NCBI RefSeq assembly: GCF_006345805.1
Contig: NC_043005.1
Coordinates: 59,148,001 to 59,212,000, forward strand
Reading direction: 5' to 3'
Length of the DNA: 64,000 bases
From: Octopus sinensis
Taxonomy: Eukaryota
Shown here one piece after another: positions 63,328-64,000 of this stretch. Each line of letters begins with the position of its first letter. Position 1 is the first letter of the stretch. A program made the translations under genes and the position numbers. Under the pieces are notes generated by a model. That model was not told where the DNA came from and did not search any database. It saw only the letters and a list, made by a program, of their open reading frames with translations.

Positions 63328-63746
63328 ACTTATTTCTTTATTGCCCACAAGGGGATAAACATAGAGGGGACAAACAAGGATAGACAAAGGAATTAAGTCA
63401 ATTACATCTACCCCAGCACGTAACTGGTACTTAGTTTATCAACCCCGAAAGGATGAAAAGCAAAGTCAACCTCGGCGGAATTTGAACTCAGAACGTAATA
63501 CCGCTAAATACCTATTTCTTTACTACCTACAAGGGGCTAAACACAAAGAGGACAAACAAGGACAGACAAACGGATTAAGTCGATTATATCGACCCCAGTG
63601 CATAACTGGTACTTATTTAATCGACCCCGAAAGGATGAAAGACAAAGTCGACCTCGGCAGAATTTGAACTCAGAACATAGCGGCAGGCGAAATACCGCTA
63701 AGCATTTCACCCAGCGTGCTAACAATTCTGCCAGCTCGCCACCTTA
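63328..63746 (-). mobile_element. SINE B tandem form
   Basis: Same junction at 63507-63518. Confidence 0.9.
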
Positions 63747-64000
63747 ACAATATTTCTGCTTCATTGAATCTGTCGGAAATGAAATGGAAAACAATTCAGT
63801 TATAAAACACTGATGTCCAGGTTAAACAAGCAAAAGTTTGAAAGAAATAGCAGTCATTTCCTTTGATTTCTAGATAGATACAAATAGGAAATAACACCTA
63901 CTGAACAAAGACGAAAGAAATAAAAGTTTTGTTACATAGGGTAATGACTGTATGCTAATACCTTTAAAAGATCTGCTCACATGATTGAGCAGGAAAAAAA

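Noticed and set aside
533-63725. Most ORFs in the six-frame track (poly-YI, HT, CV, H, S, M and L peptides, and recurring SINE-derived peptides)
   Set aside because: They are translations of microsatellites, triplet repeats or SINE bodies, with no domain content.

Overview
This is AT-rich, repeat-dense eukaryotic DNA, mostly intronic or intergenic. It looks octopus-like, which I infer from recalled SINE families and did not confirm by search. Nearly all ORFs in the supplied track are microsatellite or low-complexity artefacts. One convincing host exon is present (61190-61318, + strand, CFAP65-like by recalled similarity). The rest is mobile DNA: three tRNA-derived SINE families (called A, B and C here), RTE LINE 3' ends, an internally deleted Ty3/Gypsy element with both LTRs (20636-23441, - strand), a Helitron, Helentron-like elements, and piggyBac-, hAT- and TA-type MITEs. 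The main finding is a dispersed set of small non-coding elements carrying minimal type I hammerhead ribozyme folds of the Penelope/retrozyme kind. Three have intact CUGANGA and GAAA cores (4567-4620, 38898-38968, 41134-41186) and five are decayed. They come from several unrelated families, several sit in (TA)n tracts or in direct or inverted terminal repeats, and 7 of 8 lie on the - strand. The window also has many fold-back structures that could form dsRNA. All alignments and folds were done by eye, and repeat boundaries are approximate unless a TSD or TIR is quoted.
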